DNA of 64,000 nucleotides from Saprolegnia diclina VS20 (taxonomy: Eukaryota), in the NCBI RefSeq assembly GCF_000281045.1, contig NW_008246105.1, positions 343,762-407,761 on the forward strand, written 5' to 3'. The translations under genes and the position numbers were made by a program. Each line of letters opens with the position of its first letter. Within the stretch, counting starts at the first letter, position 1. Under the pieces are notes generated by a model. The model had not been told where the DNA came from. It ran no database searches and saw only the letters and a program-made list of their open reading frames with translations. Positions 37,765 to 48,273 of this stretch are shown here, one piece after another.

Positions 37765-38436
37765 AGCGCGTGGCCGTGACGAGACGCAGACTCGTCGCCT
37801 CGGAGCTCGTCGCGCGGAGCGTTAACTAGGCAGCAGAGACGTATTTAAACATGAAGATGAAGTTCGTTGGAGCACATACCGTGCTGTGCAAACTGCCCTG
37901 CCACAGCACGTGGTGCGTGGGCCCGAGACCGACGAGCAGAACGCTGCAGTTGAAGAGTCGACCCAGTCGTTTGAGCTGCAGCGAGATGGATCGTATAAGC
38001 CCGAGCTCTATAGAATCAAAGTCATCGTCACAAGGAGCGGCCAAGATGCGTGGCGACCGTAAGCGTCGTGCGTGGCCTGCTGGAGGCACGCCATGTCCAC
38101 GACCAAAAGCTTGGGCGCGCGTTGGGCGGTCGCCTACGCACCCGCCGAGTCAGGCTATGCTCAGGTAGGAGCTCGTACCAGCGTCTCGAGCGTCCACAAC
38201 AGCTGCGCAAGCGAGCGCAGTGGTTCCAGCTGGACGTTCTGCAGCAGGTCGCCGACGCACCGACCTTGCCGCTGTATCCGCGCGGCCAGTCGCTTGGCGA
38301 GCACCGGGAGGAACGGACTGATGGCGACGATGTAGTCGCCCGCCTCGGCGCGCGCGACGACGAGGCCATCGACCACGTCGGTCTGCAGCGCCTCGGGGCC
38401 CTCAACACCGTGGACGCCGGTGTGCAGCATCGCCAT
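37742..38436 (-). CDS. Small degenerate RecA/RAD51-paralogue-like protein (~180 aa), 3 introns
   Basis: Four exons join in frame through three 45-54 nt GT-AG introns: MAMLHTGVHGVEGPEALQT...LLQNVQLEPLRSLAQLLWTLETL|ATAQRAPKLLVVD...|ELGLIRSISLQLKRLGRLFNCSVLLV...W...|LTLR...HPQ*. Motif order mirrors RAD51D/XRCC2 cores. Confidence 0.6.
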
Positions 38437-39283
38437 ATCCGGATATCAGCTGGACATCCGGATGTGACGGTACTGGCATCCGGACAAGCGCTGCATCCGT
38501 TCGCGAAACTATCCGGATGACCAGCATCTGGCAGCACCCACGTGAAGATCGCTCGCACGACGCCCGCTGCCTGTTGCTTGCAACAGCAACCACCGCCGCT
38601 TGCAGGTCGCACGCTCTACCTACTTGGTATAACAGCATCGCACTTGGTACAACAGTATAGCACAAGGCAGCTTTCGGTGACGGAACATAAGCCACGTACC
38701 TCCTCGATCTTCGGGCGGCTTCGCCTGCATCAAAACAGAAGGGCAGTGACATCACAGCGCTGCATGTACACGCAGCCCAGAAGCGCGATGGCATTCAAAT
38801 GCTTGCTCGAGTGCCAAACACCCGTTCTCCGCAGCAGCAGCACCGCACGCCGTGTACTATGGTCGCACGGTCCGCCTCGGTCGCAGCGCGATGATGCTGG
38901 CCGAAGCTTGTGGCATCATCGCTTCGATTACCGCCGCTTTGAGCGGCTTGGCCCTATCTTTGCATCGGTGGCGCCAGGTCCTTGGCCGCGAGCCAGTCGA
39001 ATCAAACTTGTCGACGCTGGTGGCGTGCATCATCACACGCTGTGATTCCATTGGTTGAAATCTGCCATTTCTATTGCATCCACCAATGAGCGACGCGCTC
39101 GATTTGATGACATCACATCGCGTTGCACGGCCGTACACGAGCGTACCGTCCATCCGGTTTGCATACAAAATTCAAGTAAACACGTACAAAGCGTACATTT
39201 TAATGTACAGTAATGTACGCTTTTGCCCGACCCCGCGTGTGGCAAAGCGTATCCTGCGAATCATCATTTTCGGATTGGTTGCC

Positions 39284-40465
39284 ATGTGCAAAGGTCAAGC
39301 TCCTTCCAAGGCCGACGCGTTCCACGCTGCGGGGTACCGCCCGGTCGCCGGCACGCCCGAGCCGCTGCCGCTGGAGCCCCCGACGATCACGCTCAAGGAC
39401 CTGCGCGCGGCGATCCCGGCCCACTGCTTTGAGCGCAGCGCTGCCACGAGCTTTTACCATTTGGCCAAGAACCTTGCGATCTGCGCCGGCGTGTTCGCCG
39501 TTGGCCTCAAGCTCGCGGCTGCCGACTTGCCGCTCGCGGCCAAGCTGGTCGCGTGGCCCATCTACTGGTTCGTCCAGGGCACGTACTTTACGGGCATCTG
39601 GGTCATTGCGCACGAATGCGGCCACCAGGCGTTCTCGGCGTCCGAGATCCTCAACGATACGGTCGGTATCATTCTTCACTCGCTCCTCTTTGTGCCGTAC
39701 CACAGCTGGAAGATCACGCACCGCCGCCACCACTCCAACACGGGCAGCTGTGAGAACGACGAGGTGTTTACGCCGACGCCGCGGTCCGTCGTCGAGGCCA
39801 AGCACGACCACTCGCTCCTCGAAGAGAGCCCGCTCTACAACCTGTACGGCATCGTCATGATGCTTCTCGTGGGCTGGATGCCGGGCTACCTCTTCTTCAA
39901 CGCGACCGGCCCGACCAAGTACGCTGGCCTCGCCAAGTCGCACTTCAACCCGTACGCAGCCTTTTTCCTCCCAAAGGAGCGCCTCAGCATCTGGTGGAGC
40001 GACCTCTGCTTCCTCGCGGCCTTGTACGGCTTTGGCTACGGCGTCTCGGTCTTCGGCCTCCTCGATGTCGCCCGCCACTACATCGTGCCGTACCTCATCT
40101 GCAACGCGTACCTCGTGCTCATCACGTACCTCCAGCACACGGACACGTACGTGCCCCACTTCCGCGGTGACGAGTGGAACTGGCTGCGCGGCGCGCTCTG
40201 CACCGTCGACCGCTCGTTCGGCGCTTGGATCGACAGCGCGATCCACCACATTGCCGACACGCACGTGACGCACCACATTTTCTCCAAGATGCCCTTCTAC
40301 CACGCGATCGAGGCGACCGACGCCATCACGCCCCTCCTCGGCAAGTACTACCTCATCGACCCGACGCCGATCCCGCTGGCGCTCTGGCGCTCGTTCACGC
40401 ACTGCAAGTACGTCGAGGACGACGGCAACGTTGTGTTTTACAAGCGCAAGCTCCAGGAAAAGTAA
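39284..40465 (+). CDS. FAD2: Delta-12 (omega-6) fatty acid desaturase, intronless
   Basis: His boxes HECGH, HRRHH and HVTHH. The sequence MCKGQAPSKAD.FHAAGYRPVAGTPEPLPLEPP matches my recollection of the Saprolegnia delta-12 desaturase. Confidence 0.96.
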   Translation: MCKGQAPSKADAFHAAGYRPVAGTPEPLPLEPPTITLKDLRAAIPAHCFERSAATSFYHLAKNLAICAGVFAVGLKLAAADLPLAAKLVAWPIYWFVQGTYFTGIWVIAHECGHQAFSASEILNDTVGIILHSLLFVPYHSWKITHRRHHSNTGSCENDEVFTPTPRSVVEAKHDHSLLEESPLYNLYGIVMMLLVGWMPGYLFFNATGPTKYAGLAKSHFNPYAAFFLPKERLSIWWSDLCFLAALYGFGYGVSVFGLLDVARHYIVPYLICNAYLVLITYLQHTDTYVPHFRGDEWNWLRGALCTVDRSFGAWIDSAIHHIADTHVTHHIFSKMPFYHAIEATDAITPLLGKYYLIDPTPIPLALWRSFTHCKYVEDDGNVVFYKRKLQEK

Positions 40466-40483
40466 ATAGAAATACGTTTGCCA

Positions 40484-43400
40484 TCAGAGCAACCACGAGG
40501 AATGGCTTGGCGCGCCAACGCTGCTGTCGAGAGCGCGCTGCCGCTGCAGCCGACGCGCACCCACCTTGCGCAGGAGCCAGCGCAGAATGACGCGCGCGGC
40601 TACGTGCTGCGCAATGGGCTTGACGTCGGTGCACTGGACGATGCTATTGTGCATGGCCTTGAAGCGCTTGGCCCAGTGGTCGTGGAAGGCTTTCGTGATC
40701 CCCATCTGGTCCATGACCGAGCTCATTTGCCGGAAGCGCACCGGGTCGCCCTACGAAGCCCAACACCCAGTATTCACCCAACAAGCAAGGTGGCAGGAGG
40801 CAGGTACCTCGCTCATCGACCGGATCACGAGGGCGCGGGGCACGTCGCGAAAGTGAACAAACTTGCTGTCGTATATGGTGATGCCCAGTGTGCCTAGAGG
40901 GTGTCGGTTGACCGGAGCTCTCCGGGCGGCGTACCGAGGACGTGCTGGATGCGCGCGGTGGTGTACTGCGGCAAGCCGCGGAAGCCCAGTGGCGGTGGAA
41001 GGCTTCGCAGCACGCGGCAGAGGTCGTCGACGTGCAAGCGCCCAACACCGCCGGGGTCGTACTTGGACCAGAGACGCGCGAGCTCGGGGAGGTCCTCGAC
41101 TGCCGACGCCGTCGTGGCGTCGGCATCAGCGACGGCGTCGACGATGATACCTAGGGTTGGGGTTAGAGGTCCGGCGTCCTTGGATGACGACGCACTGGAG
41201 AAGAGGTTGAGGCCGATGTAGCCGACGACCATCATGAAAATATAGAAAAATGGAATGACGAGCCACGTGCCTATCACGTATTGTAGCAAACAGGCGAGCG
41301 GATATACGCAGAGTACCGCAGCCGTCGAGGGGGACGCAGTTGAGCGCGTCGCCAAAGCCGCAGAAAGACGCGTTGAACGCCGGCTCGATGCAGTCGGGAT
41401 TGGTAATTGGCTCAATGTTGTAGAGCTCCCAGAGGTAGTTGTTCCAGTTCTCGCCCGTCGAGAATCCAATGAGCGTCTGGAGCGCGAGCCAGAAGGTCTG
41501 GAAATTCTGGTGCGGGTTGACCATGCTCGGACCGTACGCGACTTTGGCGAACAGCTGGACACCGATGGCCGCAAAGATGTAGTAGAGCAGCATGAGGAGC
41601 GCCGTGACGTTGGCGACCGCCGGCAGCGAGACGGTGATCGTATCGAAAAGGCTCTTCATGAGCTTGGCTTTTTGGATGAGCCGGAGGGCGCGGCCGGCGC
41701 GGAAGACGCGGAGCACGGTCGCCATGCCAGCCCCGAGCTTGGACTTGACCGTCACGAACGGCAGTAGAATCGAGACGAGGGATGTGAGCACAATGACAAA
41801 GTCAAACCGGTTCCAACCGTGGCCAAAGTACGCTCGCGGGCCAATGGCAGCAACCTTGGTGAGCGCTTCAACAAAGAAGAGCACGGCGAATGCATTGTTG
41901 ATGCGGTCGATGGACTCGCCGAGGACGTCGGGTTCGCCAAAGTACGTGCTTGTCATCACCGCCATGTTGAAGAGGATGCAGCCGGTCATCACGTGCTCGA
42001 AGTACTTGTAGCCGGCAATGCGATGGCAGAGGCGGCGCAAGCGATTCGCTGGTACTGGGTAGTGCACGATGGGCGAGAAGGCAACGAGCCGCCGCTGGAG
42101 GTTGATCCAGTTGATCTGTTCGTCGGTCACAAACCCACCGTACTTTTCCCGGATAAAGCTGTCGCAGAGGACGCCAATGAAGAGGTTGGGCATGAAGAAC
42201 GCGCCAAAAATCATGAAAAAGACCCAAAAGAGCGCAAATTGCGGCTGTGCATGCGGAACCGGCTGCATGTCTTCGCCGCGTGCGTCGACCGACGCCAGCG
42301 CCACCGCGGTCCAGCCCTCGAACGTCGTGAGCTCGTACAGCGCGCCCATCGCACGGAGCAGATTGTCGAAATTTTGCGGCACCGGCGAGCTCCACGTCAG
42401 ATTGAGCGACGGTGCGACCAAAGTGCTAAAGCAGAGACAGACATCTCTGGACGTCGGCGCCTCGTCGTGTGAGAAGTGACACTGGTCGCGCCAAATGGGC
42501 TCGAGATGCGCTTGGGACGACGGGTCCATGGCCCGCCAAATGCGTGGAAACGTCATGACATCCAGCTTCTCCAAGTCACTGCGGCTGTAGTTGCCAGCGT
42601 ACGAGGGTGGGAACCACGGCGGCACGGGCGTGTACGATGCGTTCTCGAGATAGACATAGGGCCCGATCGAGCACGAGTTGAGCGAGCCCTTGAAGAAGTG
42701 AACGCATGCGATGCCAAAGAGCATGAGCATATACACAAAGAAGAGGAGCGACTTGGCGATTTCGGGGATGCACCGGAAGAGCGTGTTGACGACGACCTTG
42801 AGCTGCGGCAGCTGGCTAATCACGCGGAGCGGTCGGAGTGCGCGCAGCGTGCGTAGCGCACGGATGCCACCGACGTTGACATTGGTAGCCGACACGCTCC
42901 ATAGCGCCAAGGACGACAAGACAATCGTTCCATCGAGTGCCTAGAGTTGAGATTGAGATTCACGTTGAGATGCCGAGAAAGAGATAAAAGACCTTCCACG
43001 GGTCCTTGATGTAGTCGACGACGCCGATCGCAATCAGTGTGATGGTCATTTCAATGGCAAAGAGCGTGGCGTACACGCGGTTCGCAGTAAGGAGGAACCG
43101 GCCGAGACCGTCGGACGCGTCGAGAAGTGGTGAATCGAGGGCGGTCGTGACGGTCGCACACGCAATCACTAGCCCCGTAGCGCGCTCCCACCACGACGAG
43201 CTCACAATCCGGAGGCAGGTAACGCGGAGCGGGAAGTGCACCGAAAGCACGCGCTGGTGGCCGTCGTTGGCGCGCTGGACCGTGGGCTCGAGGCGCCGGA
43301 CCGAGCGCTGGACGTACCGCATCTGCATTAAATGGCGGTGGCTCTGCTGCTGGACGGTCGTCTTGTCGTAGATGCTCCGGAGCTCCTTGACCGAGCCCGC

Positions 43401-45908
43401 GGCCCGCGCCATGGTGGCGGTAGCATCGTCGTCGTCGACTTGGTTCATGACGCACGAGACGGTGATGGCCGAGAACATGTTCATGACGACCCAGACGCCG
43501 AGGACGATGATCGCGATAAAGTAGAGCGGCGCGAGGGGTCCGGTGCTGAGCCACCCGTCGTACATGACGTTGTTCCAGTCGTCGTACGTGAGGATCTGAA
43601 AGACCGTGAAGAGTGCGTTCGGGAGCGTGTCAAAGTTGGACCGATGCAGCTGCAGCAGCGACGCGTTCGCAGCAGCCAGTGGCCGGTTGTTGGCGTCAAA
43701 GTAGAATTTGGTCGCGAAGAGGTCCATGCCCATAAGGGCAAAGATGTACACAAACAGCGCCAAAAATACAAGAAAATGAACAATCTCGCCCATGGCGCTG
43801 GTCGTCGCTAAAAGCAGTCGCCGGAGCGGCCCCCACGCTTGCGCGAGGCGGAGCACCCGCAGTGCTCGGAGCGCTGTGAAGGGCGACGTCGGCGACACTG
43901 TGCCGTCAATAAACCCGGGCTTGTTGACGCAGTAGTCGAGCACACCGAGAAGGATCGAGGTGGCGTCGAGCCAGTTGAAGAGCTCCCTACACAGAGCCAC
44001 GATGACGCCACAGACATAGTCCGGTATATACTTGAAATAGGGACCCGGCCCAAAAGCGATCAGGCGCACGACAAGGTCGAGGAGGAACCAGAAGAGGCAC
44101 ACAAACTCGACGAGCTCGACGCCAAAGGAGAACGCATAACTCATTTGGTAGTGCGTCGTCGCCAGCGCAACGACGTTGATGAGCGTCACGGCCATGTTGA
44201 ACATGTAGTAGCCGCGGTGGCTGTAGATCGCTTTGACGCGGCTGCGGACGCTCCGGACGCGCGGGTGCCGGAACGACCGGTGGAGCTGGTGCTGCAGTGG
44301 CACTAACGTCTGCCTAGTGCCAGGTCCAAACCGCACGCAAAAATGCAAGCAACCACATACCACATACGCCGCCGCATCATCGAGAGCTCGCGCGCGTCGG
44401 CTTTGTCCTTCCTGCCACGCGGTTGAGATGCAAAGCACAACGATGTGTACGTACTCGAGGCGGAGCTGGGCGGCCTGGGCTTCACACGCCTTCTCGAATG
44501 CCGAGACCATGATGGCCATGTTGATTTGCAGCAAAAAGCACATGCCGACAAAGAGCACGACATTGAAGTAGATGCCGGCCCCGATCCACGAGTAGGCGTC
44601 TTGCGTCTACACCTCAGAGGTCAGTCTCACATCCCCGTGTGACGCGCACTGTGTCGTACGTTCTCCGTGAGCGCCATCCAGCCCGAGGCCGTCACGATTT
44701 GCATGATGATGATGAGCGCGCTCCCGACCGAGTCAAAGTGTGTAAGACCAAAGTTCAAGGCATACACAAAGTCGGGTTCCGTCATGATGGAAAAGAGCAG
44801 CGCGCCGCCATTCGGCGCGTAGAGATCACGGAACCGGGCGTGGCCGGACGCATCGTAGTTGGAGCCGCAGTACGTCCCCGGCGCACAGACGCGGCTGCCG
44901 CAGTACTGCTTGTCGTTGTAATTGAGCGGCCAAAAGCATGCTTCCGCCGTCGTCCAGTTGTCGTTCTCGACATCGATGCGCGGGCAAGCATACTTGGCCG
45001 GGTCCTTGACCGCGAGGTTGATGTACGTATCGTTCAAGTAGGCGGCGAGGGAGGGCGTCGCGCTCGGATCGAAGGGCAGTGCGATCGGGTGCGGCGTGAG
45101 GCGGCAGCGGGCGTGGGACTCGCCGCACCAGATCTGGACGCCAATGATGGCAAACACAAGGTAGGAGAACGCGAGGAGGATGGAGATGTTGCACTGCGCG
45201 GGGAGCGCTGTGAGGAGTGCGTTCACGAGCACCTTGAGGCTCGGGACCGACCGCACGGTGCGCAGCGGCCGCAAGATGCGCAGGAACCGAATGCCCGTCA
45301 TCGTCGTCTTGACTTCGGCGAAGAGCAGCGAGATAATGCTAGCATAGGTGGTTGATACGACTTGGAGAAATCTCTAGAGATGTACCCCGAGGCAACAATG
45401 AGGCAGTCGAGTTTGTTCCACGGGTTGGCCAAGTACCCGTGCCGGCCCGAGACGCCGTGGGCAACGCACTTGAGCGCCAACTCGAGCATAAAGTAAACCA
45501 GCGTCACTAGCTCAATCTAGTATATGGGAATGGAAATATTGTCATAAGCACAAGAACCTACGATCTGCACCGCGCGGTTCACGCGCAGCGTCGGACCGTT
45601 CGTGGGCGCGCTGCCGTTGGCCCACGGGTCCGAGTAATCGACAAACCCCATCGCGATCGAGTTGACGAGCACAAAGAGGAGCGTGACCCGGGGCATGTAC
45701 TTATGCGTCACGACCGCGATGCACGCGCGCCGAACCGGGTGCGATTGCGAGAGGACGCCAAGTGCCATTTGCTCAAACTACCAGACGCCATCAGCGTGGA
45801 ATAAGAAAGGAGCCGTACGTTCTCGGGCGCGGCTTTGCGGTGAAAGATTTTCGACGAGAGGACGGGCGCGACGGCGCCCTGCACGAGCGCGGCGGGCGGC
45901 CCGGCCAT
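40484..45908 (-). CDS. Four-domain voltage-gated cation channel paralogue 2, multi-exon, inverted relative to paralogue 1
   Basis: S4 helices (IRFLRILRPLR, LRALRVLR, IRALRTLRALRPLR, LRVFRAGRALR), P-loops TASGW, TYDDW, TFEGW and TGENW, and an EF-hand WSKYDPGGVGRLHVDDL. Start approximate (MAGPPAALVQ). Confidence 0.92.
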
Positions 45909-46478
45909 TCGCGCACGCACCAAGCCGTTGCAAAGTGGCGCGGGCGTGAAACCGGAGCCGTTTCCATTCGCTTGTAAACGACAATGTATCCGGATACCGT
46001 ATCTTGTTGCCGAAAGATCCTGTGCGTTTTGGATGGTGCGACCCGTTCCGGTCCAGTGCAGCTTGTATTACCGGTAGCCACACACGCCTCTTTGAACCAT
46101 GTAGGTCCGCGGCGCAGAGACCATTGACTGGTACATTTTCACAGCGTTACGGTGTACTTAGTAGCTGGCGATGACACGGGCATTCCCAAGCTTTGGGCTC
46201 ACTCCGCCCCTTCACAAACACCGGTGAATGCACAAACGTGCTGGGGTGCAGGGCGGACAGGGTGCGGTTTTGGCTGGTCTTTTGCGCGGCTGGACAGTGC
46301 TTGAACTACCTACAACGCGACTATGTTCTTATTGTCGTCGTTCCCAACCGTCGTGCAGCCGCAGCCGATCTTCCTCTTGCCTCCAAGTGCAAGACGCAAT
46401 TTGATTGGACGCTATGTTGATGACGCTACATTTGATTGGCTAAACGGCCGTGCGTCGCGATGACAAGTGCAAAGTGGG

Positions 46479-47558
46479 ATGTGTGAGCCAACGGTGACGA
46501 CGCTATCGGCGGCGGCCATGCCGACGGACCGGCACGTGCTCAAGTACGTCCAACTGCGCTACGACGACGGCGACAACCTCATTTGCACGGACGACGCCAT
46601 CTCGGAGGAGGAGCAGGCGCTGCTCGCGTACACGCCGACGCCGGCGCCGCGCGCCAAGGTGCTCTTGCACAGCTGCTGCGCGCCGTGCAGTGGCGCAATG
46701 GTCGAGGAGATGCGGTACCTCATGGACCTCGACATTACGATCTTCTTCTACAACCCCAACATCCATCCGAAGCGCGAGTACGAGATTCGCAAGGACGAGA
46801 ACATCAAGTACGCCATCAAGCACGGAATTCCGTTCGTCGACTGCGACTACGACTCGGACGCGTGGTTCAAGCGCATGGTGGGCTTTGAGCTCGAGCCGGA
46901 GCGTGGCGTTCGTTGCTCGGCCTGCTTTGACATGCGCATGGAGGTCACGGCTGCGTACGCAGTCGAACACGGCTTTGACTATTTTACGACGACGAATGCC
47001 ACGTCGCGCTGGAAGGACGAGCTGCAAGTCAACTTGGCGGGCGTGCGCGCGGCGCTCTTGTACCAAAAGCAGCGAGGTAGTCTCTCTTTTCTACGTCGGA
47101 TGCCTGATGTCGTCTCCAGGCGCCAAGCTCCAGTTTTGGGTCTACAACTGGCGCACGGACGCCATGACGCGCCGCAAGTACGAAGTCTCGGTCGACGAAA
47201 AGTTCTACAAGCAAGAATACTGCGGCTGCTCGTACTCGCTCCGCGACTCGAACGTCTGGCGCGCGCAGCAAGGCATTCCGAAGGTCCAATTCTGCGTTCG
47301 CGACGAACGCGCTGACGAGATGCATAGGTCAAGATTGGTGGTGACACGGCCGGGCTGGGCACGCGGTACTTTGAAGACGTCGAGGCGGACGAGGCCGAAG
47401 AGTCGCAGGAGGTCGTCGACGCCTTCTTCCGCGACGCCAACGCCCATTTTGGCGACGAGAAGCGCCCCAAGAAGTACCAGGAAGCGCTCCAGAAGTCCAG
47501 CGCCGTCTTTGTTGGTCGTCAAAAGTCGGCCGAGAACATTGACGCCAACAACTGGTGA
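46479..47558 (+). CDS. queH: Epoxyqueuosine reductase QueH (DUF208 family) homologue, 2 introns
   Basis: Motifs [48 protein letters not shown] and [14 protein letters not shown]. Introns 47077-47119 and 47284-47327 restore the frame. Start is 46479 or 46518. Confidence 0.9.
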
Positions 47559-47832
47559 TATCGACAACAACAATAACATTTTGTTGGCTGTCCCATGACC
47601 CTATCCCTTCTACACATACGAGGCTACTGTGCATCAGTTGGCGTGTTCCCGGCGGGGTTTGTGGATTCATTTCTAACGTGATCGTATTTATCTAGTTTGA
47701 CAGCCCGAGCAAAAGTTCTGCATGCTGGCCGATCAGACATGCAGAAGTGGCGCACAAGATTAACCCCTTTTCCGTAGTTTTGTTGAAATGCCGGCAAGAA
47801 TGAAGGGAAAAAGTCTAGTTCGTAATGTCTGT

Positions 47833-48273
47833 CTACTTGAAGAGCTCCTTGCGGAGCAGGTCGGCACGGCCGCGCACCGAGTTGATGAGCTTGACGCCGT
47901 CCTTCGTGAGGACGTTCCCGTCGGCGTCGACAAACACGAGGGTCGGAATGAACTCGACGCCAAACTGCGCGCTCAGCGACGCCTTGAGCTCGCGGTGCAC
48001 GAACGGAAGCGCCGGAAACGGCATCTCGGCCCAGTACTCGTTAAAGCCGGCGACTTCTTTGTCGGACGAAACAAAGATGAGCTCCATGTCGTCGAAGTCT
48101 TCGACGAGATCTTCGTAGAACGTCGAGAGAAGCGGCGTAAACGCGCGGCACGGCGGGCACCAGTGCGCCGAGAAGTAGATACCGACCACCTTCTTGTTGG
48201 CGAGCGCGTCGGCCGTCGGGACGATCCCGGCCTTGGTTTGAATCTCAGCTCCCAAGAGCGCGTGCAGGGCCAT
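47833..48273 (-). CDS. Nucleoredoxin/tryparedoxin-like thioredoxin-fold protein
   Basis: Motifs VGIYFSAHWCPPCRAFTP, IFVSSD and GVEFIPTLVFVDADG. Confidence 0.93.
   Translation of the reverse strand: MALHALLGAEIQTKAGIVPTADALANKKVVGIYFSAHWCPPCRAFTPLLSTFYEDLVEDFDDMELIFVSSDKEVAGFNEYWAEMPFPALPFVHRELKASLSAQFGVEFIPTLVFVDADGNVLTKDGVKLINSVRGRADLLRKELFK

Noticed and set aside
15399..45908. Possible zoospore/flagellar gene neighbourhood (CFAP47, two channels, RGS)
   Set aside because: It is interspersed with housekeeping genes and cannot be told from chance without expression data.
3331..47558. Apparent folate/pterin theme: BT1 transporter, MTHFR and QueH in one window
   Set aside because: They are more than 20 kb apart with many unrelated genes between, and BT1 is a large family in oomycetes. 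There is no support for a cluster.
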